The notes beneath the pieces are model-generated. The model saw nothing but the letters and a program-made list of their open reading frames with translations, was not told the origin of the DNA and did not search any database. DNA of 30,762 nucleotides from a virus (lineage: Duplodnaviria > Caudoviricetes): IMG/VR virus record IMGVR_UViG_3300039918_000017, positions 1 to 30,762 of that record, one strand, 5' to 3'. Numbering within the stretch: the stretch's first letter is position 1; each line of letters starts with the position of its first letter. A program made the position numbers and the translations under genes. This document shows positions 17,102 to 25,349 of this stretch, in pieces.

Positions 17102-17469
17102 AGTCCTTGTTACAAGGACCGCTTGCGAAGCCGCAGGAGGCACGGGACGGGGTGGCCGGGCCACTATGCCCCGAATGCCTCCAGCCCTTCCCGCACGCGC
17201 ATCCGGGGCAGCTCTTCTGCTCGCCCGCCCATCGCGACGCATGGAACAACCGCGCCACCGTGCACGGCCGCGTCCTGACGCCGCTGGCGATGGTGGAGCG
17301 CGTCACCCGTGGCGGCTCGCGCGGCGACACCGCCACCGGCATCCGCGCCCGCCAGCAGAAGGACCAGCTGATCCAGCGCTGGGTGGAGGAGGACCGCGCC
17401 GCCGGGCGCATGGACTGGCCCACCTATCTGCGCCTGCGCTATGGCGTCGGCTTCGATCCCTTGGGCTGA
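17098..17469 (+). CDS. Zn-finger hypothetical protein (123 aa)
   Basis: Start at ATG 17098 (ATGA overlap); 'CPEC...FCS..H' motif. Confidence 0.7.
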   Translation: MKSLLQGPLAKPQEARDGVAGPLCPECLQPFPHAHPGQLFCSPAHRDAWNNRATVHGRVLTPLAMVERVTRGGSRGDTATGIRARQQKDQLIQRWVEEDRAAGRMDWPTYLRLRYGVGFDPLG

Positions 17470-17729
17470 CGGCCGCGCCACCAGGCGGCGATCGGCTCGC
17501 CGGCGATCCGCGCCACCTTGTACGCGCCGATCGGCATGAACAGCATGTAGAGGAACCCGCGCCAGCTGTCGGAATAGGCCCATGCGATCAGCAGCAGCTG
17601 CGCCAGCATCACCCAGCGGAAAGCCCGCCGCTGGTCCTCGCGATAATCGAAGCGCTCGAACGCCAGACACAGGCCCAGCACGGCCGCGAGGATCAGCACC
17701 ATGTCGCTGTTGAAGGCGTCATCATCCAT
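17439..17729 (-). CDS. Possible small membrane protein
   Basis: 96 aa with 2-3 hydrophobic segments; fills the gap after the Zn-finger gene and overlaps a convergent ORF by 31 bp. Confidence 0.5.
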   Translation of the reverse strand: MDDDAFNSDMVLILAAVLGLCLAFERFDYREDQRRAFRWVMLAQLLLIAWAYSDSWRGFLYMLFMPIGAYKVARIAGEPIAAWWRGRQPKGSKPTP

Positions 17730-17775
17730 GGCGTCGCAGGCTGCACCGAATCCGCCGCCCCGTCCAGCCCGCCCA

Positions 17776-18006
17776 TCAAACAGGCATCCTTAGATCGACC
17801 TTGGGCATCTTCGCCCCGCACCGGCCACATTTCAGATGCCGCGCGACCGCGTGCGGCGACATATTCTCGCGGATGCGCTGGTCCTGAAAGATCGGATCGC
17901 CGAACGGGCTGACATAGCGGCTTCGGCCGCATCGCCGGCACGTCAGCCACACACGCACCCCATGGCGCTGGCAATCATTGAAGGTATCGAGTCGCTTCGT
18001 TCCCAT
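17776..18006 (-). CDS. Small Zn-ribbon protein (76 aa) under a LexA box; candidate antirepressor
   Basis: MGTKRLD...CRRC...CGRC; ATG 18006 lies 6 nt downstream of the SOS box. Confidence 0.7.
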   Translation of the reverse strand: MGTKRLDTFNDCQRHGVRVWLTCRRCGRSRYVSPFGDPIFQDQRIRENMSPHAVARHLKCGRCGAKMPKVDLRMPV

Positions 18007-18012
18007 GGCTGG

Positions 18013-18027
18013 GAACATAAGCGGAAC
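18013..18027 (-). promoter_or_regulatory. Alphaproteobacterial LexA (SOS) box
   Basis: GAAC-ATAAGCG-GAAC, which is GTTC-N7-GTTC on the minus strand, in the short intergenic gap. Confidence 0.75.
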
Positions 18028-18036
18028 AGTTGCGGA

Positions 18037-20001
18037 TTAGTCCAGCCCCGGCGGCTTCTGCTTCTGTTCCCATTCGATCACGAGGTTCAGCGGAACGAGG
18101 GTCGCCGATTCCGCCTTGCCGTCGAAGGCCAGCATCACGCGGCTGATCGCCTCCCCCTCGGTGGCGATCGCTTTGCCCTTCACGCGATTGAGCGACTGCG
18201 ACCACACGCCGCCTTTCCAGTCCGTCTTGTCGAATATCTCGCCCAGCCCCTTATGCTCCTTGGCGCTGGCGACCGCGAGATAGACGAACTGATAGGGGCT
18301 GAACTCGCGCTCGATGCCCCACCGCGCATCCTTGGCCGTCGCGCTGGGTGCACGCGCATTGACCAGGCGCAGGCCATAGGTACGCAGCTTCGCCATCGCC
18401 TTGGCGTTGAACGGCCCGCCTTCCTCCATGTTCGATGCGGCAACCGGCGTCAGCGCCTTCGCGATCCAGCGGCCGACGCTCTCCTGCTCCATGCCCGACG
18501 CCGCCGGCAGCTTGTGGGTGATGAGCGTGCGCAGGCAGCGCACATGATCGCTCTCGCCGTCCGTCTCGGCCTGCATGATGATGGGCAGCAGCTTGCCGAC
18601 AAATTCCTTCACGCGGCCGTCATCATCATTGATGTCGGCCAGCTCGCCGCTGTGCGGCGCGTCGTCGAACAGCAGCATGTCGGCGCAGGCCAGCAACGTG
18701 CCATATTGGTCGCCGTGCCGCGCGGAAAATCCCTCGCGCTGGATCTCCAGCTTGTACCGTTCATAGGTGCGGATGTAGCGCGGCCATTGCTCGACCATCC
18801 GCCGCCGCATCGCCGCGCCCCGCTCGCGCAGCGCGGCGGGCACGATCGACGGTTCCTTTGCATTGTCGGGCAGAGGCAGCGCGTCCAGCACCGTGATGCG
18901 GTTGCGGTCCTGCGCGATCAGCGGCTGATGCAGGATCGACGAGAAGAGGAAGCAGCTGCGCGCCGTGAACTGCTGGCCCTTATGCTCGGCCGATCCTTTC
19001 AGCGCCTTGTCGCCCGATGAGGAAATGCGCGCGAGGCCAAGAACCTTGAGCTTGCTGTCGTCGCCCGCCTCGGCCTCGAACTCGTCGACCAGCACCGCCA
19101 GCGCGTCGTTGCCCAATATCTGGCGAATGCCCGCTTCCGTCGCCGACGCCGCGCGCAGACGCCAGTCGTCGATATGATAGTCGATATAATCCATCAGCGT
19201 CGTCTTGCCGCTGCCGGATCCCGCGTTGATCCACAGATGCGCCCGCCATGGCAGCGCGCCGGGTATCTGCGCCTGGCCGATGAAGCCCAGGATCAGCAGC
19301 GGCATGATGTCGGGCGCGCGCCAGCGCCAGCTTTTCAGTGTCGTCAGCGTTTCGTTGGCCATGTCGGCCGTGCTGGGCTGGTCGGCGGGTCGGGGCAGCG
19401 GCGCCGCCGCCGAATAGACCGCCTTGTCCACGATGCCGGTATCGACATAGCGCGGCGCGGTCACGCGGCCGCCCACGCCCTTCGTCGATCCGATCAGCAG
19501 CTGGTCGCCGCAATGCAGGATGATCTGCCCGTCGCGGCCGACATGCGCGCCGCGCCCATGCTCGCCCGTATTGCGGTCGAATATCCCCTGCCACGCGCAC
19601 GCCTGCATCAACCGCTTCTGCGCCTTGGTCTGGTCCAGCCCCTTGATCGCATATTGCTGGCGGCCGAACTCGTCGGTCATCGGCTGACCCTGCGCGTCTT
19701 TCAGCGGCGGCCCATATTGCGGGAACAGCTGCTCGGCCCGGCCCGGATCGCGCGCGAACAGCGAATAGACGTCGCCCTTCGTGAACTGGCTGTTGACCTC
19801 GATCAGCTGGCCGCTGTCGTCGAGGAAATAATAGAGCTTGCCATTCTTCCCCAGCGCCTTGACCGGGCAGTCGGGCGGCAATCCCTGCTGCGGCGGCTCG
19901 CGCCGTTGCTCTGGCGCGTCGCCCAGCAGATTGGGCGCGTCCTGCGGAGACGCGGCGGATTCGGCGAGCGAGGCCAAGCCGGGTGCGGGTTTGCGGGGCA
20001 T
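18037..20001 (-). CDS. Phage replication P-loop NTPase/helicase (P4 alpha C-terminus-like)
   Basis: 654 aa; Walker A GSGSGKTT, Walker B 'VLVDEFE', arginine-finger-like 'QDRNR'; downstream of the primase. Confidence 0.82.
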   Translation of the reverse strand: MPRKPAPGLASLAESAASPQDAPNLLGDAPEQRREPPQQGLPPDCPVKALGKNGKLYYFLDDSGQLIEVNSQFTKGDVYSLFARDPGRAEQLFPQYGPPLKDAQGQPMTDEFGRQQYAIKGLDQTKAQKRLMQACAWQGIFDRNTGEHGRGAHVGRDGQIILHCGDQLLIGSTKGVGGRVTAPRYVDTGIVDKAVYSAAAPLPRPADQPSTADMANETLTTLKSWRWRAPDIMPLLILGFIGQAQIPGALPWRAHLWINAGSGSGKTTLMDYIDYHIDDWRLRAASATEAGIRQILGNDALAVLVDEFEAEAGDDSKLKVLGLARISSSGDKALKGSAEHKGQQFTARSCFLFSSILHQPLIAQDRNRITVLDALPLPDNAKEPSIVPAALRERGAAMRRRMVEQWPRYIRTYERYKLEIQREGFSARHGDQYGTLLACADMLLFDDAPHSGELADINDDDGRVKEFVGKLLPIIMQAETDGESDHVRCLRTLITHKLPAASGMEQESVGRWIAKALTPVAASNMEEGGPFNAKAMAKLRTYGLRLVNARAPSATAKDARWGIEREFSPYQFVYLAVASAKEHKGLGEIFDKTDWKGGVWSQSLNRVKGKAIATEGEAISRVMLAFDGKAESATLVPLNLVIEWEQKQKPPGLD

Positions 20002-20156
20002 TCAGTCAACCGACAAGGATGGAGGCGACGACAGGATCGCTGCCGCCGCCTCCGCTGCTAAACGGGGCGCGCACTACGTGCCGCGAGACGGTGCCCGATG
20101 ACACCGCGCTGGGGGCCTTGCGAGCCGTACCAGACGCCCCTCTCGGGTATTCCATA

Positions 20157-20411
20157 TTAACCTGCCGCGCCAAGCGCGTAGATCATCACCGGCGGATGCC
20201 CCTGCCCGACAATGCGGAGGTAAACTTTGCCTCCATTGTTCAGCACCGCCAATTCGGCGGGCGTTGGTTCCCAGCAGGACACCATCGCAGGCATGTCGCC
20301 GCTCAATTCGTCCCTGATCGGCAAGCCGCAGCAGGGCCCGCTTGTTTCCGGTGTCCACCCCTCCGGTGCGCCAAGCACACGGGTGCAGCCTGAAATCCGC
20401 GCAGGTATCAT
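20157..20411 (-). CDS. Conserved small phage protein (84 aa)
   Basis: ATGA overlap with the primase; 'LGAPEGW...C..LPIRD...SCWEPT..E'. Confidence 0.75.
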   Translation of the reverse strand: MIPARISGCTRVLGAPEGWTPETSGPCCGLPIRDELSGDMPAMVSCWEPTPAELAVLNNGGKVYLRIVGQGHPPVMIYALGAAG

Positions 20412-21502
20412 TGCCCCATCCTCTTTCCCAGCAACTGGTCGTTGACATCCTTGAAGCCCTCGTCGGGCCAGATGAATTGCACGCGCTTGCCCAGCGCCTG
20501 CTGCGCCGCGACGTTGTTTTCCAGCAGCCGCACGGCCTTTTCATTGTCGGCGTCGCGATCGGCGATCCAGATGATGTGCGCGAAGGGCAGCTTGCCCATG
20601 TTCGCCAGCGCCACGGCGGCCGCCGCGGGGCGATCGCGGCGCACCTGCGCGATCGTCAGCGTGTCTTCGATCCCCTCGGCGCAATGCACGCCCTGCCCCA
20701 TCGCGATCGGCTCGAACGCGGCCGATGGTATCTCGCCCTTGGCGTTCAGCCCCTTCCACAACGGGATATAGCCGCCCTGCTCATAATAGCGGCCCAGCGT
20801 CATCTTGGTCAGCTTGCCCAGTTCGCGCTTCATCGTGCGCCAGTCGCCGCCCTCGCGCACGCTGTTGCGCGTGATCCATGTCCTGTGCGTGGCGATATGC
20901 TTGCCGCCGCGCATGATCGCCGCCATCAGGCACGGCGCTTCCCGTTTCAGCGACGAATGATAGACGCGGCCGAAGCGCAGCGCGCCGGGGATATGCCCCA
21001 GCAACCCGAAGTCTATGCCCCGCGCCTCCAGATAATATTGGCCGGGCGTATGTTCGATCGGCTCGCCCGCCAGCCACATGGCCCGCGCCGCCTTGCGCTT
21101 CTTGGCGTCCTCTTCCCCCTGTTCGCGCTGCTGCCGCTCGGCCGCGTCGATCGCCTTGCGCCGCGCCGCCTTGAACGCCGCCGGCGACAGGTCGCCGATG
21201 CCCAGGAAGCTCTTGCACCATTTCAGCGCCTCGGCCTTGTCGCCGCCATAGGCAGCGCGCGTCACCAGCTCGACCAGGTCGCCGCGATCGTCGCCGGCAT
21301 AGTCGCGCCAGCTGCCCTGCCGCGCGCCTTTCAGATAGATTTTCAGCGACGATCCCGGCTCGCCGTCGATCGATCCGACGCAGTAGAATCCGCCCTCTTC
21401 CCGCCCGGCGGGCAGGATTTGACGGCACACCGCGCTGGCGTGCGGCGCGAGCATCTGCGCGATCTCCGCGACGCTGACCTCTGCTGTTCCTCCCCCGCGC
21501 AT
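20408..21502 (-). CDS. Toprim-domain DNA primase
   Basis: 364 aa; 'WRDYAGDDRGD', 'YLEARGI', 'HRTW', Toprim 'AEGIED' and 'ADRD', 'KDVND'. Confidence 0.85.
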   Translation of the reverse strand: MRGGGTAEVSVAEIAQMLAPHASAVCRQILPAGREEGGFYCVGSIDGEPGSSLKIYLKGARQGSWRDYAGDDRGDLVELVTRAAYGGDKAEALKWCKSFLGIGDLSPAAFKAARRKAIDAAERQQREQGEEDAKKRKAARAMWLAGEPIEHTPGQYYLEARGIDFGLLGHIPGALRFGRVYHSSLKREAPCLMAAIMRGGKHIATHRTWITRNSVREGGDWRTMKRELGKLTKMTLGRYYEQGGYIPLWKGLNAKGEIPSAAFEPIAMGQGVHCAEGIEDTLTIAQVRRDRPAAAAVALANMGKLPFAHIIWIADRDADNEKAVRLLENNVAAQQALGKRVQFIWPDEGFKDVNDQLLGKRMGQ

Positions 21503-21505
21503 CGC

Positions 21506-21814
21506 CTACCCCGCCTTGCGCAAAGGGCCGGGGGAAGAGCGATCAGCCTCTTCCCCCGGCAGTGTCGCACCGGCAGGGCGTGCATGGGGTCTGTCGCCGG
21601 CGCGGTTCAGTATCTGTTCGTAGGAAAGGCCGGTCAGGCTTGACAGGCGGGCAAGATGCGCGGGTCGCGGCGGCTTGCGGCCCATTTCCCAATTGCCCCA
21701 GCTGACCTTGGACACGCCGATCAGGTCGCCCGCTTCTTCCTGAAGCAAACCCCTGGCCTTCCGCCATTCCAGCAATGACTGCGGCGCGTCCGCGCCCTCG
21801 CTTTCACTGTCCAT
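21506..21814 (-). CDS. Cro-like XRE HTH protein (102 aa)
   Basis: Likely start ATG 21814; 'WRKARGLLQEEAGDLIGVSKVSWGNWEMG' HTH; divergent from the repressor. Confidence 0.82.
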   Translation of the reverse strand: MDSESEGADAPQSLLEWRKARGLLQEEAGDLIGVSKVSWGNWEMGRKPPRPAHLARLSSLTGLSYEQILNRAGDRPHARPAGATLPGEEADRSSPGPLRKAG

Positions 21815-21844
21815 GCTGTCCTGATGTGACACACCGTTCCTGCG

Positions 21845-21875
21845 TTGACTTAACCAGCAGTTATTTTCTACGCAA
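21845..21875 (-). promoter_or_regulatory. cro-side promoter with operator ATAACTGCTGGTTA
   Basis: Minus strand TTGCGT-N17-TAAGTC; operator at 21851-21864 in the spacer. Confidence 0.7.
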
Positions 21876-21916
21876 GGGGTCGGGGGCAGGAAACTTAACA
21901 AACAGGGACTTAGGGC

Positions 21917-22348
21917 ATGAGTGCAGTCGTCATACAATTTACCCCTATGGATAAGTTGCCTCACAGGGTCCGCCACATGCGCAAGCAGGCTGGCAAGACG
22001 ATCGAAGAACTCGCGGACGCCATTCAGATGAAGGCGCCGCATCTGTCGATGCTCGAACGCGGCCTGCGCCCGCTGTCCCTTGATCGCATGCACGAAATCG
22101 CACAGGCGCTTGGCTGCTCGACGGCGGATTTGCTGGCCGATCAGGACAATCCCGACCGGCTAGCGCCCCCGATCGCCGAAATCGTCGATCGCCTGGAACG
22201 CATGGACGAAAGCAGCCTGGCCAAGGTGCGCGAGATAACGGCGATCTTCGCGCCGGAACCCGACCTGCCGCCGCTCACGCCCGCGCCGAAGGCCGCAAAC
22301 GGGGAGGATGATCTAACGACCCGTGAACCACGGCGGAAGGCAACATAA
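21917..22348 (+). CDS. CI-like XRE HTH repressor without an S24 peptidase domain
   Basis: 143 aa; 'TIEELADAI...HLSMLERG' HTH and a short C-terminus. Confidence 0.85.
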   Translation: MSAVVIQFTPMDKLPHRVRHMRKQAGKTIEELADAIQMKAPHLSMLERGLRPLSLDRMHEIAQALGCSTADLLADQDNPDRLAPPIAEIVDRLERMDESSLAKVREITAIFAPEPDLPPLTPAPKAANGEDDLTTREPRRKAT

Positions 22349-22396
22349 CTGTCCGTTATTTTCTGGCTTGATCGGAAAATAACTGTGAGTTAACTC
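22345..22396 (+). promoter_or_regulatory. Early promoter with two operators
   Basis: ATAACTGTCCGTTA at 22345 and ATAACTGTGAGTTA at 22379; TTGATC(22368)-N17-TAACTC. Confidence 0.75.
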
Positions 22397-22421
22397 GGGG
22401 TCTCTCAACAGGAGACCCCCG

Positions 22422-22877
22422 ATGCACATACATACGAATGTGGTCAGCCTTTTCCCGCCGGGCACGGTCGCCGCACCGGCTGTGGAAACCGACCTTTCCC
22501 GCCTTTCCAGACCGGTCAGCGCCGCGCCGTCGGCCGACGTGCCCGTCGCTGAAATCGCCCGCCGCCTCGGCCTCGCGTCGGAAACATGGCGCACCATCAT
22601 CGCCAAGATCAGGCTGCTGAACCGGCGCTACGGCTTTCCCGCCCCGCGCAATCCGCGCTTCGTGAAGGGCGAACTGGTGACGGGCCCGGACGCCATCGTG
22701 CGCCGCTCGCTCTTCCCCCGCGCGCGGGTGGAGGAATGGTTCGACAATCACCGGGGGCCGGCGCAGGCCCTCGCCGACGACGCTGCGGAGGCGAAGGCGG
22801 CGACCGCCACCCTCGCCAGCAACACCCGCAACCTCGTGGCCCAGCTGGGCCACGGGAAAGCGGCCGCGTCATGCTGA
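22422..22877 (+). CDS. Hypothetical protein, possible AlpA/excisionase-like wHTH
   Basis: RBS AGGAG; 'EIARRLGL', 'GFPAP', 'RVEEWFD'. Confidence 0.7.
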   Translation: MHIHTNVVSLFPPGTVAAPAVETDLSRLSRPVSAAPSADVPVAEIARRLGLASETWRTIIAKIRLLNRRYGFPAPRNPRFVKGELVTGPDAIVRRSLFPRARVEEWFDNHRGPAQALADDAAEAKAATATLASNTRNLVAQLGHGKAAASC

Positions 22878-22960
22878 ACCGTATGGCACAGGCTGTGCGC
22901 CAGGACTTCGCCGCCTATGCGGCCTTCTGCGTCATCTTCATGCTGGCGTGCTTCCTATGA
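22871..22960 (+). CDS. Small hydrophobic peptide (29 aa)
   Basis: MLNRMAQAVRQDFAAYAAFCVIFMLACFL; overlapping start/stop chain. Confidence 0.5.
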   Translation: MLNRMAQAVRQDFAAYAAFCVIFMLACFL

Positions 22961-23061
22961 GCGAGCCGCTGAAAGCGCAGCTCGCCGGCGCGGCGGCGGG
23001 CCTCGTCATGATGGCGGCGGCGCAGGGAATGTTCCTGCTGCTGCGCTGGATCGCGTCATGA
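22957..23061 (+). CDS. Small hydrophobic peptide (34 aa)
   Basis: MSEPLKAQLAGAAAGLVMMAAAQGMFLLLRWIAS; ATGA overlaps at both ends. Confidence 0.55.
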   Translation: MSEPLKAQLAGAAAGLVMMAAAQGMFLLLRWIAS

Positions 23062-23249
23062 TCGCCGGCAAGCGCTTCTCCGCCAAGTCGGTCGCGACCC
23101 TGCGCCGGATCGCCGCCATGCCCCGCGATGTGCGCGATCTGACGGGCGGTACGCTCTACGTCCTCGCCGCCCATCGCGCGATCAACATTAAGGATGGCTT
23201 CGCCGTCATCACGCGCACCGGCGTTCGCCAGCTGCGGAATCTGTCATGA
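23058..23249 (+). CDS. Small basic protein (63 aa)
   Basis: MIAGKRFS...ITRTGVRQLRNLS; ATGA overlaps; wHTH-like 'IT..G' ending. Confidence 0.6.
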   Translation: MIAGKRFSAKSVATLRRIAAMPRDVRDLTGGTLYVLAAHRAINIKDGFAVITRTGVRQLRNLS

Positions 23250-23410
23250 GCGGCGAAGGCATCCTCCCCAACGATCGCCGCGCCGATCGTGCGGACCCGT
23301 TCGACGGCGATCGCCGCGACTATCGCCCCGGCGATCATGTCAGCTGGTCCGCCCCCGACGTCGATCGCGCCCCTTTAATCAACCCTTCGGAGGTTCGTTC
23401 CGATGACTGA
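23246..23410 (+). CDS. Small Asp/Arg-rich protein (54 aa)
   Basis: ATGA overlap; hand-translated MSGEGILPNDRRADRADPFDGDRRDYRPGDH... Confidence 0.4.
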   Translation: MSGEGILPNDRRADRADPFDGDRRDYRPGDHVSWSAPDVDRAPLINPSEVRSDD

Positions 23411-23738
23411 CACCAATACCGCCGCGCCGGAAATGCGCCGGCTTGAGCAGGGCGATCCCACCTTCCAGCACATGATCGAGTTTGTCGAAGCCTATCGCGC
23501 GGCATCTGCGGACTTGCTCAACCCTGACGATCCCAACGACCTGAACGTCGCGATGGTCGCTGCGATGAACTTTGCTGGCACTTTGGCCGGGTCGCTGATC
23601 GCGATCGGACTATTCCGCGATCAGGATAAGCGCCGCCTGGTGAAGGCCATGGAGCATAATTTTCGGCAAGGCATCGGCATCGGCCAACGCCGCGCGCATC
23701 GGATTGCCGCCGAACAATTCGGGGAGGGCCGGGCATGA
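23403..23738 (+). CDS. Hypothetical protein (111 aa)
   Basis: RBS GGAGG; coupled to the next gene. Confidence 0.7.
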   Translation: MTDTNTAAPEMRRLEQGDPTFQHMIEFVEAYRAASADLLNPDDPNDLNVAMVAAMNFAGTLAGSLIAIGLFRDQDKRRLVKAMEHNFRQGIGIGQRRAHRIAAEQFGEGRA

Positions 23739-24286
23739 CTGACGCCTTCCTTTCCCCCGCGATCATGTTGGTTGATCGGCGCGCGCAGTTGGCAACGGCC
23801 AGCAGCAGCAATGGCGCTGACGCTCTCGCCTCCCCCAATCTGGCGGCGATCATCCGCGAACGGCTCGACCAGATCGAACGTCATGGCTTCGATCATCATC
23901 ACGACGATCTTCATGATGGATGCGAGCTGGCGCGTGGCGCGGTCGCCTATGTCACAGCCGGGATGATCGACGAACTGGAAGACGATGCCACCTACGCGCT
24001 GGATCAGGCGCTGGCCGTCTGGCCTTGGGGCGATCTGTTCAAACCCGGCGATTATCGCGACTGCCTTATAAAGGCTGCGGCGATGCTGTGGGCAGAAGCG
24101 GACCGCGTGACCCGTGCGCAGGCGCTGATCGATGCTGTTTCGCAGCTGTCCGATGACGGCCGCAAATGCCGACGCTGCGACTGCACTTCGCACAACGCGT
24201 GCCTCACTGAACATGGGGCCTGCTTCTGGATCGGTGAAGACCTGTGCAGTGCCTGCGCAGGTAAGCCAGACCCGCAACCCGCTTAG
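23735..24286 (+). CDS. Phage accessory protein with C-terminal Cys-rich Zn finger
   Basis: 'ER..Q...G...HDD' and 'WPW' domain plus 'CRRCDCT...AC......C.W...DLCSAC'. Confidence 0.8.
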   Translation: MTDAFLSPAIMLVDRRAQLATASSSNGADALASPNLAAIIRERLDQIERHGFDHHHDDLHDGCELARGAVAYVTAGMIDELEDDATYALDQALAVWPWGDLFKPGDYRDCLIKAAAMLWAEADRVTRAQALIDAVSQLSDDGRKCRRCDCTSHNACLTEHGACFWIGEDLCSACAGKPDPQPA

Positions 24287-24448
24287 TCGAAACCGCCTGC
24301 CTGGAGGCTCCTGGAGCGGACATACCGGCAACCGCTCGCGAACAAGACCATGCTCGGGCCGGGCAGGCGATCGCTCCTCATGCGGTGGGAGCGATGGTCA
24401 GAACACCCGTGAAGCATGGTCGCCGGCACCTTTCAAAGGAGTTGAGCG

Positions 24449-24907
24449 ATGTCGATCGAGCAACAAGACGCCGCGCGAACCCGCGAGCAGATACAGGCGG
24501 AGGGAAAAGCGCGTCGCGAAGCAATGCGTGAACTTCTGCGCCCCTATATCGGTGAAGGCACGTTGGTAACGCATGAGCGGTGCGGCGGAACCATTCAGGA
24601 GCATTATGTCACCGATCTGGAGGGTGACTTCGGGTTCTCCGGCATCCCTACGGAAGCTACCATGCGCACGTCGGGAAATTATTATCCCGCCGACGATATT
24701 GCAGTAGCCAACATCACACATGTTGAACATGTCCGGGTCGATGCTCTGGAATGGGCGGGTAGCAAGGTCAAGCACCCCCTCCTGCGCGAACCGAAAACCG
24801 AAGAGGAAATCGCGCAGGACGAGGCCCGCGAGGCTCATCTTGACGCGATGGTTGATCGATATTTAGCGGACGAAAGTGACGTTTTGGGCGGCGAGGTGCC
24901 GTTCTAA
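24449..24907 (+). CDS. Hypothetical protein (152 aa)
   Basis: RBS AAGGAG; acidic tail ending 'EVPF'. Confidence 0.7.
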   Translation: MSIEQQDAARTREQIQAEGKARREAMRELLRPYIGEGTLVTHERCGGTIQEHYVTDLEGDFGFSGIPTEATMRTSGNYYPADDIAVANITHVEHVRVDALEWAGSKVKHPLLREPKTEEEIAQDEAREAHLDAMVDRYLADESDVLGGEVPF

Positions 24908-25155
24908 TGAACCGCCCCGCCCGCCGCGCCAGCGATCCGCCCCAGCTCGATCCCGGCCACCCGGACGCGCCATGGACGCCCTCGGACTGCTATCCTGACG
25001 GCCCGCTCATGTGCCCCTGCGGCCATCATGAAGGGTTCCATGGGCACAACGGCAGTTGCCGCTGGACGAAGGACTGCGGCTGCACCGGCCTCCCGGTCGA
25101 ATGCTACACCCCCATTCCCGGCCATCCCCTGCCACGCCGCTACACCCGGACATGA
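24907..25155 (+). CDS. Cys/His-rich small protein
   Basis: 82 aa; 'CPCGHH...H...C....C.C'; TAATG coupling. Confidence 0.65.
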   Translation: MNRPARRASDPPQLDPGHPDAPWTPSDCYPDGPLMCPCGHHEGFHGHNGSCRWTKDCGCTGLPVECYTPIPGHPLPRRYTRT

Positions 25156-25349
25156 CGCAGGAGCGCGCCGACACGGGGACGCGGCCCCATCTGGATCGGG
25201 GCCAGCTCTACCGCCGGGCGCGCCGGATCGCGGAACGCGCGCAGATCATCATGGACATAACCGGCGCCGGCGTCGCCCCCGATCTCCACCGCGCCGAAAC
25301 CATCCTCAACGAAATCGCCGCCATCTGCGGCACGGGAGAAGAAGAATGA
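25152..25349 (+). CDS. Hypothetical protein (65 aa)
   Basis: Start at ATG 25152 (ATGA overlap). Confidence 0.55.
   Translation: MTQERADTGTRPHLDRGQLYRRARRIAERAQIIMDITGAGVAPDLHRAETILNEIAAICGTGEEE

Noticed and set aside
21815-22093. Extended N-terminus of the cro ORF (195 aa in the track)
   Set aside because: Overlaps the repressor gene and the operator; the HTH begins after Met at 21814.
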